Part shown: positions 1 through 9,324 of the stretch, piece by piece
How the letters are laid out: each line of letters opens with the position of its first letter
Position numbering within the stretch: the stretch's first letter is position 1
Program-made: the position numbers and the translations under genes
Notes under the pieces: generated by a model
Databases searched by the model: none
What the model was told of the DNA's origin: nothing
What the model saw: only the letters and a program-made list of their open reading frames with translations
Source of the DNA: an uncultured Gemmatimonadales bacterium
GTDB taxonomy: Bacteria; Gemmatimonadota; Gemmatimonadetes; Gemmatimonadales; GWC2-71-9
Direction of reading: 5' to 3'
Assembly: GCA_963798915.1 (NCBI GenBank)
Contig: CAWCVB010000002.1
Coordinates: 544,001-608,000 of the forward strand
Length of the DNA: 64,000 bases

Positions 1-301
1 CGGGCGATGCGTCGGCCGAGAGGCGCGTCAGGACGTGAGACTCAACGCCGCGTCGGCGCGCGACGGCCATCCGGACAAGCGGGTGTGGGTCATTCGCGGC
101 AAACTCCACTGCCATTTTCACGAGGCGGCCATTCCGGACTAGCGCCGCCCGGACTCGAGCATCAGGGTCGCGCCACAGCAGGTCGAGCACGAGGATCGAC
201 GTCCGCGTGCTGGCGGCAAGGCGGCGTCGGTCCGTCATTGACCGTGCGCTCACTTGTTCGATCGGCTGGCGGAGCAGCCAGTCCAGGGAGGTGCGGGGCA
301 T
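1..301 (-). CDS. HEAT/leucine-rich-variant-like helical repeat protein, partial (runs off left edge)
   Basis: Not in the ORF track. My translation from ATG at 301: MPRTSLDWLLRQPIEQVSARSMTDRRRLAASTRTSILVLDLLWRDPDARVRAALVRNGRLVKMAVEFAANDPHPLVRMAVARRRGVESHVLTRLSADASP..., open to the edge, with repeated DPxxxVRxA motifs. Confidence 0.6.
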   Translation of the reverse strand, partial: MPRTSLDWLLRQPIEQVSARSMTDRRRLAASTRTSILVLDLLWRDPDARVRAALVRNGRLVKMAVEFAANDPHPLVRMAVARRRGVESHVLTRLSADASP

Positions 302-594
302 TGGGTGACTCGTTGGGATGCAAAGTGATGGAGTGGTGAACGGCGGCTGCGGTGAACTAGCTGGTCGGCGTGGCCGGGGTCCCGCGCGGCGGCCAGCTGC
401 GACAGTCAGTTGTCGTTCGCTGAGGGGCCCAGTTCGACGCTCTCGGGGTCGTCACTCTGGCCGGCCGGGAAGCCGTGAGCCCATAGTGACCGAATGACAA
501 GCAGCCCGAGAGCCCTGAGCCGGACTGTCTCCGATTCGGCCTCCGCTTCGTCGCCGTCAGAGGAGACACACAGCGCTCCACCCTCAATCGGGAC

Positions 595-1275
595 ATGGAC
601 GCGCTCCGGGCATTCTGGCGATGGATGCTAGATAAGCGGATGGATCTGGGCATGCCGGCCGTGAACTTCAAGAAGACGGGTGAAAAGGAGCTGGAAGATC
701 TGCGCCAGCGGGACCGGATTCGATGCCTCTCGCTGGACGAGCTGCGACGGATGGAGGCCGCAGCCGGGCCGCGGTGGCAGCCCTTCTTCACAGCGCTCTA
801 CCAGACCGGCCTGCGAGTGGGCGAGATGCAGGGGCTCCTGTGGGGAGCGGTCACTTTGGATGGCCCGCACCCCAAGATCGAAGTCGAGGGAGAGCATCTC
901 AAGACTGTGAGCTCCCGCAGGGATGTCGCACTCACTCAGCCGGCCGTGGCTATATTCCGCGCTCGCCGGGATGCGCTGCCCGAGCCCCCGGCCCCCGATG
1001 AGCCGGTCTGGGATGCTGGGCAGCGAAACTACGCGACGGTGCGTTCCGCCTGGGTTCGAATCCGGGCGCGCGCAAAGCTCGGGTCGGCCCGGGTGCACGA
1101 TCTGAGGCATACGTTCGGCGGCCAGATGGTGCGAGCGGGGGTCCCACTGCCGGTCATCAGGACGCTGATGGGGCATAGCAGCCCGAAGACGACCATGCGA
1201 TACTTAGAGTTCGCTGGCGAGAAGGATACCGCGATGGCTGCACGGTTGCTGGAGTCACACTTGGCCGCAGGGTGA
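595..1275 (+). mobile_element. Tyrosine recombinase/integrase, catalytic domain intact, N-terminus apparently truncated
   Basis: Motifs GLRVGE (Arg), LKT (Lys), HDLRH, LMGH and TTMRY (Tyr). The frame continues upstream as RSTLNRD-M (core-binding helix) but has no start codon after in-frame stops at 484-489. Confidence 0.85.
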
Positions 1276-1371
1276 TTCCCACATGCTTCCCATTTCATGT
1301 CGGTCAACCCAGATACAGGAACAGGTTGTGCCAGCTAAGTTGTTGTTGGATAACATGAAAGAGTGCTATCC

Positions 1372-1443
<72 letters not shown>

Positions 1444-1446
1444 CTC

Positions 1447-1476
1447 GACAGGACGGGCGGGACGGGCAGGACGGGC
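1447..1476 (+). repeat. 9-mer tandem array (CAGGACGGG), left arm of a 30-bp perfect inverted repeat
   Basis: GACAGGACGGGCGGGACGGGCAGGACGGGC is the exact reverse complement of 6195-6224. Confidence 0.9.
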
Positions 1477-1500
1477 GGGTTGGCAAGCGACGCCGCTCGA

Positions 1501-2877
1501 TCACTCGCTCATGGCCGGCTCGCTCAGCATCCCCGATGCGACCAACTGCAGCACTCCCACCAACGCAATCACGCTGAACACCACATGGAGCGCGCTCGCG
1601 GTTCCCTGGCTTCGCACCACCGAGCCGAACAGGCTGCCCAGCAGGGTGAGCCCCAGTAGTCCACCCAGCGCCCGGAACATGGTAATCCCCGCCGTCGCCG
1701 CTCCCACATCCCGATGGGCCACACTGGCTTGTGCCATGAGCACGGTTGGCTGCGCCGTCATGCCCAGGCCCAGTCCGGCGACGGACATGCCCACCGCCAG
1801 TATCCAGGCCGCCGCGCTTCCGGCCAGCGCAAGGACCGCGAGGCCGGCCAAGCTCAACACCGAACCGGTGATGGGAAAGATCCGGTGACGGCCAAGCCGG
1901 CTGATCAGGTGGCCGCTCACGACCGACGAGAGAAGCAGCCCACCGAAGAAGGGTGCCATCCCCAACCCGGCGGTGGACGGCTTGAAGCCACGGACCGCCT
2001 GAAGAAAGAGCGGCACGAAGGTCGAGATGCCAAGGAACGGCACGCCGCTCGCAAGACTCACGAGCACGAGGGCCATGCCATCGCGACGGCGCAGCAGTGC
2101 CGTCGGCAGGATGGGTCGCCGGGCTCGCCGCTCCACCGGCACCAGCGCGGCGCCTGCCATAATCGCCGTCGCGAACAGGCCGACGACCAGCCGGGACTTC
2201 CATGGAGTGCTGCCGCCAAGGGCGGACGCGAGCACCAGCGCACCAAGCGCGGCACCCAGCAGCAGTGCTCCCGCGACATCAGTCGTGCCGGCTTTCCTGG
2301 GCGGGGTTCGGGGCAGCGCCACGCCGACCACGCTGGCGGCCACCAACCCGATGGGCAGGTTCACATAGAAGATCCAATGCCACGACGCATGCTCAACCAG
2401 CAGACCACCAATCAGCGGGCCGGCAACGGTCGCCAATGCCACCACGGCGCCGAACCATCCCTGGATCCGCCCGCGGTCCCTTGGCGGCGCGATGTCAGCG
2501 ACCACCGCCATGGCCGTCACCGCGAGCCCCGCGGCACCGAGGCCCTGCAGCGCACGCCAGAGAATGAGCTGGCCGACCGAACCGCTCGTGCCGCAGAGCG
2601 CGGAGCCGGTCAGGAAGATTGCGATCGCGCCGAGCAACACCCGACGGCGCCCGATCTGATCACCCAGGCGCCCATGCACCGGCAGGGCGATGGTGGCGGT
2701 GAGCACGTACGCGGTGACGATCCAGGGCAGCCGGTCGGGCCGCCCGAGATCGCGCGCGATAATGGGAAGCGCCGTGACGACGATGGTCTGGTCGAGGGCA
2801 CTCAGCAGGACCACCAGCAGCAGGGCTGGTATGATGAGGCGGTGGCGCTGGATTCCCGGCCTCCCGGCTTGCGCCAT
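1501..2877 (-). CDS. MFS drug:H+ antiporter, DHA2 (EmrB/QacA-like)
   Basis: LDQTIVVTALP, motif A GRLGDQIGRR, GPLIGG and WIFYVNLPIG, with many TM helices. Start set at ATG 2877, just after the monooxygenase stop. Confidence 0.92.
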   Translation of the reverse strand: MAQAGRPGIQRHRLIIPALLLVVLLSALDQTIVVTALPIIARDLGRPDRLPWIVTAYVLTATIALPVHGRLGDQIGRRRVLLGAIAIFLTGSALCGTSGSVGQLILWRALQGLGAAGLAVTAMAVVADIAPPRDRGRIQGWFGAVVALATVAGPLIGGLLVEHASWHWIFYVNLPIGLVAASVVGVALPRTPPRKAGTTDVAGALLLGAALGALVLASALGGSTPWKSRLVVGLFATAIMAGAALVPVERRARRPILPTALLRRRDGMALVLVSLASGVPFLGISTFVPLFLQAVRGFKPSTAGLGMAPFFGGLLLSSVVSGHLISRLGRHRIFPITGSVLSLAGLAVLALAGSAAAWILAVGMSVAGLGLGMTAQPTVLMAQASVAHRDVGAATAGITMFRALGGLLGLTLLGSLFGSVVRSQGTASALHVVFSVIALVGVLQLVASGMLSEPAMSE

Positions 2878-2887
2878 GGCGGCGGAC

Positions 2888-4477
2888 TCAGGCGCGTCGG
2901 AGACCGATCGTGCTGACTGCGTGCCCGAGTGCCTTGGCAGCGTCACCCGCCAGCTCACGCGCGCGCCAGGCGATCATGCCGTCCGGTCGGACGAGCACCG
3001 CGCCTGAATCCGAGACGCCATGGAGTGGGGCCCACCGGCGGGCAGGGTCATGGGGGCCAGCCTTCGCCTCGAGTTGGTGACATGTGATTGGTACACCGGC
3101 CTTGGCCAGCTGCTCGGCCGCCTCACACCAGGCGGAACCTTGGCGGCCGGCCAGCAGAACGAATCCGCGGCCAAAGAGGTCATGCACTGGCACCGTCTGG
3201 CCGGCGATTTCCAGCGTCAGGTGCGGTGCACGACTCCCGGGCCGTCCGGTGGGATGAAAAGGATCCTCGAAAGCGGCGTCCTCGAGCGTTGGCTCCTGCA
3301 CCAGTGCGCCGTCCGGATAGAGATAGCCAAAGACCACGTCGGGATAATCGACGATCGGCGCCGGTTCAGGCAGCCGACCGGATGCATCCTTGAACCACTG
3401 CGCCAGCCGGGCCACGGCCTGCGCCACAGTATGCCGGACGACAGGGAGACGTTCGCGATCATAGCTGTCCAGCAGCGAAGCATCCGCCTGACCCTTGAGC
3501 ACAGCAGCAAGTTTCCAGGCCAGGTTATCGCCATCCTGGATGCCGGTATTGCCGCCGAACGCCCCTGTAGGCGGCATGACATGCGCCGCATCGCCCACCA
3601 GGAACACGCGGCCCTGGCGGAACCGGTCAGCCACCAGCGCGGCGACCTCCCACGGCCTGGCATCGACCAGCCGGACCGAGATATCGGACCGGCCCGCGGC
3701 CTTCTGCACCAGGTCGATGCAGCGTGACTCGCCAAAATCTTCCGGTCGCTCGCCCTTGTCGGGAGCGTACTGCAGTGCCAGCAGCCAGCGGCCGCCATTG
3801 TCCCGCGGGAGGATGCTGGCGTTGAGGTCGGTGACAAAGCACGAGGTGAAACGCCGCCCCTGCAGCAGCGGTGCGAGATCGGTCTCGAAAATGATGTTCA
3901 TCCAATGCTGCAGCCGGTCGGTGCCGCTCTGCGCGATGCCGAGCTGTTGCCGGATGGTGCCCCCATGACCGTCGGCCGCCACCATGTAGCGGGCCTCGAC
4001 CATCTCCTCGGCGCCGCTCTGATGATCCTTGATGCGGGCTCGCACACCCGAGTCATCCTGCTCGAATTCCAGCATTTCCGTGTTGAAACGAATGTCCGCG
4101 CCACGTTGCGCCGCGTGGGCCCGCAGGATCGGCTCAAGCCGATCCTGGTCGCAGGTAGCCTGCGCGGGGGCGCAGAGCGCGCTCATGTCGGGCCAGGCGG
4201 GACCACCCCACCGGACCTCCGGATCGCTGAGGTTGCGCACGGTCGCCAGTTCCTCCGTCTGGCTGGCCGTCTGGTTGGCCCGGATCTCCTCCTCGATGCC
4301 GACGGAGCGGTAGATCTCCATGCAGCGGGGCGAGATACCGCGGAACTTGTATTGCACGGTCGTGCCGGCGTGGCGCTCGACCACCAGTGGCCGAATTCCA
4401 TGATGCGAAAGTAAGAGTGCCGTGGACAGGCCGTTCAGGCTGCCGCCCACCACGAGCACGGGCGTCTCGATGGTCAT
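2888..4477 (-). CDS. FAD-dependent monooxygenase (PheA/TfdB/RdmE-like aromatic hydroxylase)
   Basis: VLVVGGSLNG Rossmann motif, AADG, GDAAH...GGNTGIQD and C-terminal LVRPDG. GGAGG RBS before ATG 4477. Confidence 0.9.
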   Translation of the reverse strand: MTIETPVLVVGGSLNGLSTALLLSHHGIRPLVVERHAGTTVQYKFRGISPRCMEIYRSVGIEEEIRANQTASQTEELATVRNLSDPEVRWGGPAWPDMSALCAPAQATCDQDRLEPILRAHAAQRGADIRFNTEMLEFEQDDSGVRARIKDHQSGAEEMVEARYMVAADGHGGTIRQQLGIAQSGTDRLQHWMNIIFETDLAPLLQGRRFTSCFVTDLNASILPRDNGGRWLLALQYAPDKGERPEDFGESRCIDLVQKAAGRSDISVRLVDARPWEVAALVADRFRQGRVFLVGDAAHVMPPTGAFGGNTGIQDGDNLAWKLAAVLKGQADASLLDSYDRERLPVVRHTVAQAVARLAQWFKDASGRLPEPAPIVDYPDVVFGYLYPDGALVQEPTLEDAAFEDPFHPTGRPGSRAPHLTLEIAGQTVPVHDLFGRGFVLLAGRQGSAWCEAAEQLAKAGVPITCHQLEAKAGPHDPARRWAPLHGVSDSGAVLVRPDGMIAWRARELAGDAAKALGHAVSTIGLRRA

Positions 4478-4523
4478 GACGTGGCCTCCAGTACAACGGC
4501 ATCGCGGACATCGCGATGCCATA

Positions 4524-4543
4524 TTATTTTAACCTATTCAAGT
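4524..4543. promoter_or_regulatory. Candidate MarR operator in divergent promoter
   Basis: AT-rich imperfect palindrome TATTTTAA-CCTA-TTCAAGTA between the divergent monooxygenase and marR genes (coordinates approximate). Confidence 0.4.
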
Positions 4544-4590
4544 AGTTCTGGCAGCGTCAAGGCAGAACCTTCCACCGGTGGAGGCGCGGG

Positions 4591-5055
4591 ATGAAAGGAG
4601 CCAGCGAGGGCAGGGCGGTGTGCGCGGCGCGCGCGTGGCAGGTCCTGTTCGACTACCTGATGGCGACGACGCCAGAGCGGAATGCGGAGCTGGAGCGGCG
4701 AGGATTGACGCCCAACGATGCGCGAGGGTTGTTCAGTCTCACCCCGCGGCGTGGCCGCCCCATCGGGGAGCTGGCGCGGGAGTGGGGCTGCGATCCCTCC
4801 AACGCCACCTACATCATCAGCCGCCTGGAGCGGGCCGGCCTGGCCGCACGGCGGCCCGACCGCGACGACCGGCGCGTCAAGCTTGTCCGCCTGACGCCAA
4901 GGGGACTCAGGACGCGGGCGAATCTGCTGGCAGAATTTCGTCGTGCGCCGCATGAACTGCTGCTGCTGAGCAACGCTGAACTGGGAACGCTGGAGCGGAT
5001 CTTCACGCAGGTACTGCGCGTGCGACGTGAGAGCACTGGCGGCGCATCGCCCTGA
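4591..5055 (+). CDS. MarR family transcriptional regulator
   Basis: ELA..WGCDPSNATYIISRLERAGL...DDRRVKLVRLTPRG winged-helix signature. GGAGG RBS. Confidence 0.92.
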   Translation: MKGASEGRAVCAARAWQVLFDYLMATTPERNAELERRGLTPNDARGLFSLTPRRGRPIGELAREWGCDPSNATYIISRLERAGLAARRPDRDDRRVKLVRLTPRGLRTRANLLAEFRRAPHELLLLSNAELGTLERIFTQVLRVRRESTGGASP

Positions 5056-5085
5056 CCGTTCCTGCGTTCGGCGTGTCATGCACCC

Positions 5086-6117
5086 CTACGTTGTCTCCCG
5101 TCCTTTCACCACCAGCCGCCCGATGGTATTCCGGTCGGTGCCGAACCAGATCGCGCCGCTCCGCGCATCGTACATCATGTTGCGGATGGTATTCTGCGCC
5201 CGCCCGCCGCCCACGTCGACGGTGTCGGTAAAGGCGGCCCGGCCCGGGTCGAAGGCCACCAACCGGTTGGGCTGCAGGCCGGTCTCGGCCACCCAGATTC
5301 GTCCTCGCCCATCGAGCGCCATGCCGTAGGGCAGGGACATGGCGCCCCCCGGGAGCGCATACTCCCGCACCTCACCGTTCCCTGGATTCAGCCGGCCGAG
5401 AAAACCCCGGGAATAATCGCCATACCAGACCATCCCGTCAGCAGTGATGGCCATGCGGCGTGGCCGGGTGCGTTGGTTCGGCAGGTCGAAGGTGCGGATC
5501 TCCATCACCTTCGGATCGATCATGCCCAGCTGGTTGGTGCCGAAGAGGTCGAACCAGACCTTGCCATCCGGCGCGATGCTGATGCCATACGGTCGGCTGC
5601 CATTGGCGGTGCGCCACAGGCGAATTCTTCCGGTCCTGGTCTCCAGGTGTCCCACGGCGTGCGACTGCTGCGCGGTGAACCATGCATTCCCTGCCTCATC
5701 GAACAGCATGGTGTGCGGATCGCGCACCGAGGAGTCGGGCATCATGTAGGTGCTGAGCTTGCCGGTGGCGGGGTCGAGCCGCACCAGCCTGGCATTCTGG
5801 TTGCCGGTAAACCACACCTCGCCCTTCGGGCTCACGACCAGGTTGTGCGGGTGGGTGCCTTCCTCAACCTCGTAGCGCTTGAACTGGCCGGTTGCGGGAT
5901 TGAGATATGCGACATAATTCCCGACCTGCCCCACAAACCATACCCGGCCCTGCGCATCCAGGAACGGATCACGTGGGCGACTGTGATCCCATGGGACGGT
6001 CCATTCGGTGAGCAGGGAATCCGGATCCGCAGATGTCGCAGATTGATCCACGGATTGCACAGGTTGCATCAATGTGATTGTCACCGCGGCGAAGGCAGGA
6101 ATGAGGACCGTCAGCAT
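5086..6117 (-). CDS. Secreted Vgb-family (virginiamycin B lyase-like) beta-propeller protein
   Basis: N-terminal hydrophobic signal and repeated P-x-G-I/M...DG-x-VWF...RLDP blades. Confidence 0.8.
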   Translation of the reverse strand: MLTVLIPAFAAVTITLMQPVQSVDQSATSADPDSLLTEWTVPWDHSRPRDPFLDAQGRVWFVGQVGNYVAYLNPATGQFKRYEVEEGTHPHNLVVSPKGEVWFTGNQNARLVRLDPATGKLSTYMMPDSSVRDPHTMLFDEAGNAWFTAQQSHAVGHLETRTGRIRLWRTANGSRPYGISIAPDGKVWFDLFGTNQLGMIDPKVMEIRTFDLPNQRTRPRRMAITADGMVWYGDYSRGFLGRLNPGNGEVREYALPGGAMSLPYGMALDGRGRIWVAETGLQPNRLVAFDPGRAAFTDTVDVGGGRAQNTIRNMMYDARSGAIWFGTDRNTIGRLVVKGRETT

Positions 6118-6182
6118 GAGTACCTCTCAGGGCATATCGGTGGAGTCTAGCCCGCAGCGTGCGCGACGGCAATCAGCTGCTT

Positions 6183-6224
6183 CCTGCCCGTCCTGCCCGT
6201 CCTGCCCGTCCCGCCCGTCCTGTC
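6183..6224 (-). repeat. 9-mer tandem array, right arm of the inverted repeat with 1447-1476
   Basis: (CCTGCCCGT)n array that begins at the TGA stop of the RND permease on the minus strand. Confidence 0.9.
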
Positions 6225-9200
6225 AGGACGTCGCTCCCTCCGGCATCGCTTTCACCCCCTCCCGCCGCCGGCCCAGCCGCCGCTGGAACGCGTCAAGGTA
6301 GGTGTAGACCACCGGTGTGATGTAGAGCGTGATGAGTTGGGAAAAGGCCAGTCCACCCACAACCGCCACACCCAGCGGCCTCCGGGACTCGGCCCCGGCC
6401 CCGGCGCCGAGCGCAATGGGCAGGGTGCCCATGAGCGCCGCCATCGTCGTCATCATGATCGGGCGAAACCGGACCCGGGCGGCCTCGAGGATTGCCTCGC
6501 GTGCCGTAAGCCCCTGGCTGCGCTCCGCCTCGACCGCAAAATCGATCATCATGATGGCGTTCTTCTTGACAAGGCCAATCAGCATGATGATGCCGACGAA
6601 GGCATAGACGCTGAGATCCATTCGGAACACCACCAGCACCAGCAGCGCTCCGAACCCGGCGAACGGCAGCCCGGACAGGATGGTGAGCGGATGAATGAAA
6701 CTCTCGTACAGGATACCGAGGACCAGGTAGATGACAATGATGGCGAGGATCAGCAGCATCAGCAGGCCGCGTTGCGCTTCCTGGAAGGCCTGCGCCGTGC
6801 CGGAGAAGGCGGTGCTGATGCTGGATGGCAGGACCTCGCGCGCGGCCGCCTCTACGTCCGAGACCGCGGTGCCAAGTGACACGCCCGCTTCCAGGTTGAA
6901 CGACAGCGTCACCGAGGGCACCTGCCCCGAGTGGTTGACGGTCAGGGGCCCCGTACCCGGCGTCACGCTCGCAAGCGAGCCGAGTGGCACGGCGGTACCG
7001 GATCGGCCGGTGATGTGCAGCAGGTTCAGCGCCGACAGGTCCTTCTGGTACTGCGGCAGCAGCTCCATGATCACATAGTACTGATTGTTGGGCGTCAGAA
7101 TCGTGGAGATCTGCCGCGAACCGTAGGCGTTGTAGAGCGCCTGCTCGATCTGGGTGACATCAATACCAAGGGACGCCGCACGGTCGCGATTGATGGCCAC
7201 TTGCACTTGCGGGTTCTTGATCTGCAGGTCGCTGGTGACATCGGTGAGGCCGGGCAGCTGGCGCATGCGAGCCTCCATGCGTTGGGAGCCCGCATAGAGT
7301 TCATCGATGTCCGAACCCTGCAGGGTGAACTGGTACTGGCTCTTGGACCGACGGCCGCCCACGTTGATCACCGGCGGATTCTGGAGGAAAACCCGCAGGC
7401 CTGGGATGGCAGAGATCTTTCGCGTGAGCTCGCGCGCCACCTGGTCGGCGCTGAGATCGCGCTTCGACCGGTCGGTCAGGTGAATGAAGAGCCGCCCCTG
7501 GTTGGTTGACCCCTGGCCGCCGCCCACCGAGGACATGAACCCTTCAACATTGGAGTCGGCCTGGACCAGGGCCGCCGCCGCCAGCTGGTGCTGCATCATG
7601 TTGTCGAAACTGGTGCCCTCGGCGGTCTCGGTGGTGCCAAACAGCTGGCCCTGATCCTCGCTCGGGATGAAGCCCTTGGGGACGATTCTGGCGAGGAACA
7701 AGGTCGCGAGCAGGATGACGGCGCTGAAGACCATGGCCATCCCCCGCCGGTCCATCACCCAGGCGAGGCTCTGGTCATACGCGGTGGCGGTGCGCTCCCA
7801 GGCGCGCTCGGTGGTGTTGAAGAAGCGGCCGTGCTTCTCCTGCTCGGGATGCGGCTTGAGCCAGCGGCTGCAAAGCATCGGCGTGAGCGTGAGCGAGACG
7901 AAGCCCGAGACCAGGATGGCCACGCCGATGGTCACCGCGAATTCGTGGAACAGCCGGCCTACCAGCCCGCCCAGGAACAGCACCGGAATGAAGACGGCAA
8001 CGAGCGAGATCGTCATGGAAACGATCGTGAACCCGATCTCCCGGCTGCCCTTGAGCGCCGCTTCCATCACCCCTTCGCCCCGCTCGATGTGACGGACGAT
8101 GTTCTCCAGCATCACGATGGCATCGTCCACCACGAATCCCACGCACAGCGTGAGCGCCATGAGCGAGAGATTGTCCAGACTGTAGTGGAGCAGGTACATG
8201 ACGGCGAACGTGCCCACCAGTGACATGGGTAGTGCAAGGCTGGGGATAATGGTGGCGCGAATGTTCCGGAGAAACAGGAAAATCACCATCACCACCAGGC
8301 ACAGCGTGATGAAGAGCGTGGTCTTTACGTCGGTCGCCGAGTCCCGGATGGACACCGACCGGTCGTACAACGTCTGGATGTCCACCGATGCCGGCAGCTC
8401 CGGCTTGATGCGGGCGATTTCGTCCTTTACCCGCTGCGCCACGGCCACAGTGTTGGTCCCGGGCTGGCGCTGGATCGCCAGCACGATGGCGCGCTCACCA
8501 TTGTACCAGCTGGCGTTCTTGTTGTTCTCCACGCTGTCAATGACCCGGCCCAGGTCTCGGAGCCGGACCGGCGCGCCGTCCCGGTATGCCACGATCAGCT
8601 TCCCGAAATCGGCCGCGTTGGCGAGCGATCCGCTCGACTCCACCGAGTAGGCCTTGTCCGTGCCCCAGAGAATACCGGTGGGCAGGTTGGCATTGCCGTT
8701 CTGGACGGCCCGCGACACCTCGTCGATGCCGATGTTCCGGAGCGACAGCTGCTGCGGATCGAGCTGGATGCGGACGGCGTACTTCTGCGATCCGTAAACT
8801 TGCACCTGGGCCACGCCGTCGACGGTGGAGAGGTGCTGGGCCAGCGTCGTCTGGGCGTACTCATCGAGCTGCTGCAGCGGAAGCGTGCTGGTGCGCAGCG
8901 CCAGGTACAGGATGGCGCTGGCCGACGGGTCCACCTTGCGGAAACTGGGTGGAAGGATGTCCTGCGGCAGCCGGCGCAGGGTCTGCGAGATCGCCGCCTG
9001 CACATCCTGGGCGGCGGCGTCCACATCCCGGCTCAAGGTGAACTGCAGGGTGATGGATGTGCTGCCCTGGCCGCTGCTCGATGTCATGGCGTCGAGGCCG
9101 GCGATGGTCGAGAAGGTCTTTTCCAGCGGCGTGGCCACCGCCGACGCCATTGTCTCGGGACTCGCGCCCGGGAGGCTGGCATTCACGTTGATGGTGGGAT

Positions 9201-9324
9201 AATCCACGGAGGGCAGATCACTGACCGGCAGCATCCGGTATGCCACGATGCCAAACAGGAGGATACCGGCCATGACCAGGGTGGTCATGACCGGCCGGCG
9301 AATGAAGAGTGCTGCGATGTTCAT
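6223..9324 (-). CDS. RND efflux permease (MdtB/MdtC-like)
   Basis: 1033 aa. FIRRPV start, GFVVDDAIVMLENI, GLVKKNAIMMIDFA and RFRPIMMTT. Confidence 0.96.
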   Translation of the reverse strand: MNIAALFIRRPVMTTLVMAGILLFGIVAYRMLPVSDLPSVDYPTINVNASLPGASPETMASAVATPLEKTFSTIAGLDAMTSSSGQGSTSITLQFTLSRDVDAAAQDVQAAISQTLRRLPQDILPPSFRKVDPSASAILYLALRTSTLPLQQLDEYAQTTLAQHLSTVDGVAQVQVYGSQKYAVRIQLDPQQLSLRNIGIDEVSRAVQNGNANLPTGILWGTDKAYSVESSGSLANAADFGKLIVAYRDGAPVRLRDLGRVIDSVENNKNASWYNGERAIVLAIQRQPGTNTVAVAQRVKDEIARIKPELPASVDIQTLYDRSVSIRDSATDVKTTLFITLCLVVMVIFLFLRNIRATIIPSLALPMSLVGTFAVMYLLHYSLDNLSLMALTLCVGFVVDDAIVMLENIVRHIERGEGVMEAALKGSREIGFTIVSMTISLVAVFIPVLFLGGLVGRLFHEFAVTIGVAILVSGFVSLTLTPMLCSRWLKPHPEQEKHGRFFNTTERAWERTATAYDQSLAWVMDRRGMAMVFSAVILLATLFLARIVPKGFIPSEDQGQLFGTTETAEGTSFDNMMQHQLAAAALVQADSNVEGFMSSVGGGQGSTNQGRLFIHLTDRSKRDLSADQVARELTRKISAIPGLRVFLQNPPVINVGGRRSKSQYQFTLQGSDIDELYAGSQRMEARMRQLPGLTDVTSDLQIKNPQVQVAINRDRAASLGIDVTQIEQALYNAYGSRQISTILTPNNQYYVIMELLPQYQKDLSALNLLHITGRSGTAVPLGSLASVTPGTGPLTVNHSGQVPSVTLSFNLEAGVSLGTAVSDVEAAAREVLPSSISTAFSGTAQAFQEAQRGLLMLLILAIIVIYLVLGILYESFIHPLTILSGLPFAGFGALLVLVVFRMDLSVYAFVGIIMLIGLVKKNAIMMIDFAVEAERSQGLTAREAILEAARVRFRPIMMTTMAALMGTLPIALGAGAGAESRRPLGVAVVGGLAFSQLITLYITPVVYTYLDAFQRRLGRRREGVKAMPEGATS

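Noticed and set aside
7..339. 110-aa plus-strand ORF
   Set aside because: Low-complexity Arg/Gly shadow. The opposite strand gives a more protein-like repeat ORF.
595..1275. Integron integrase or XerC/D
   Set aside because: No IntI-specific insertion or attC array was recognised. The truncation and tRNA adjacency favour an island integrase.
5086..6117. Bona fide streptogramin B resistance gene vgb
   Set aside because: It has a signal peptide, the family is broad, and catalytic residues cannot be verified by eye.
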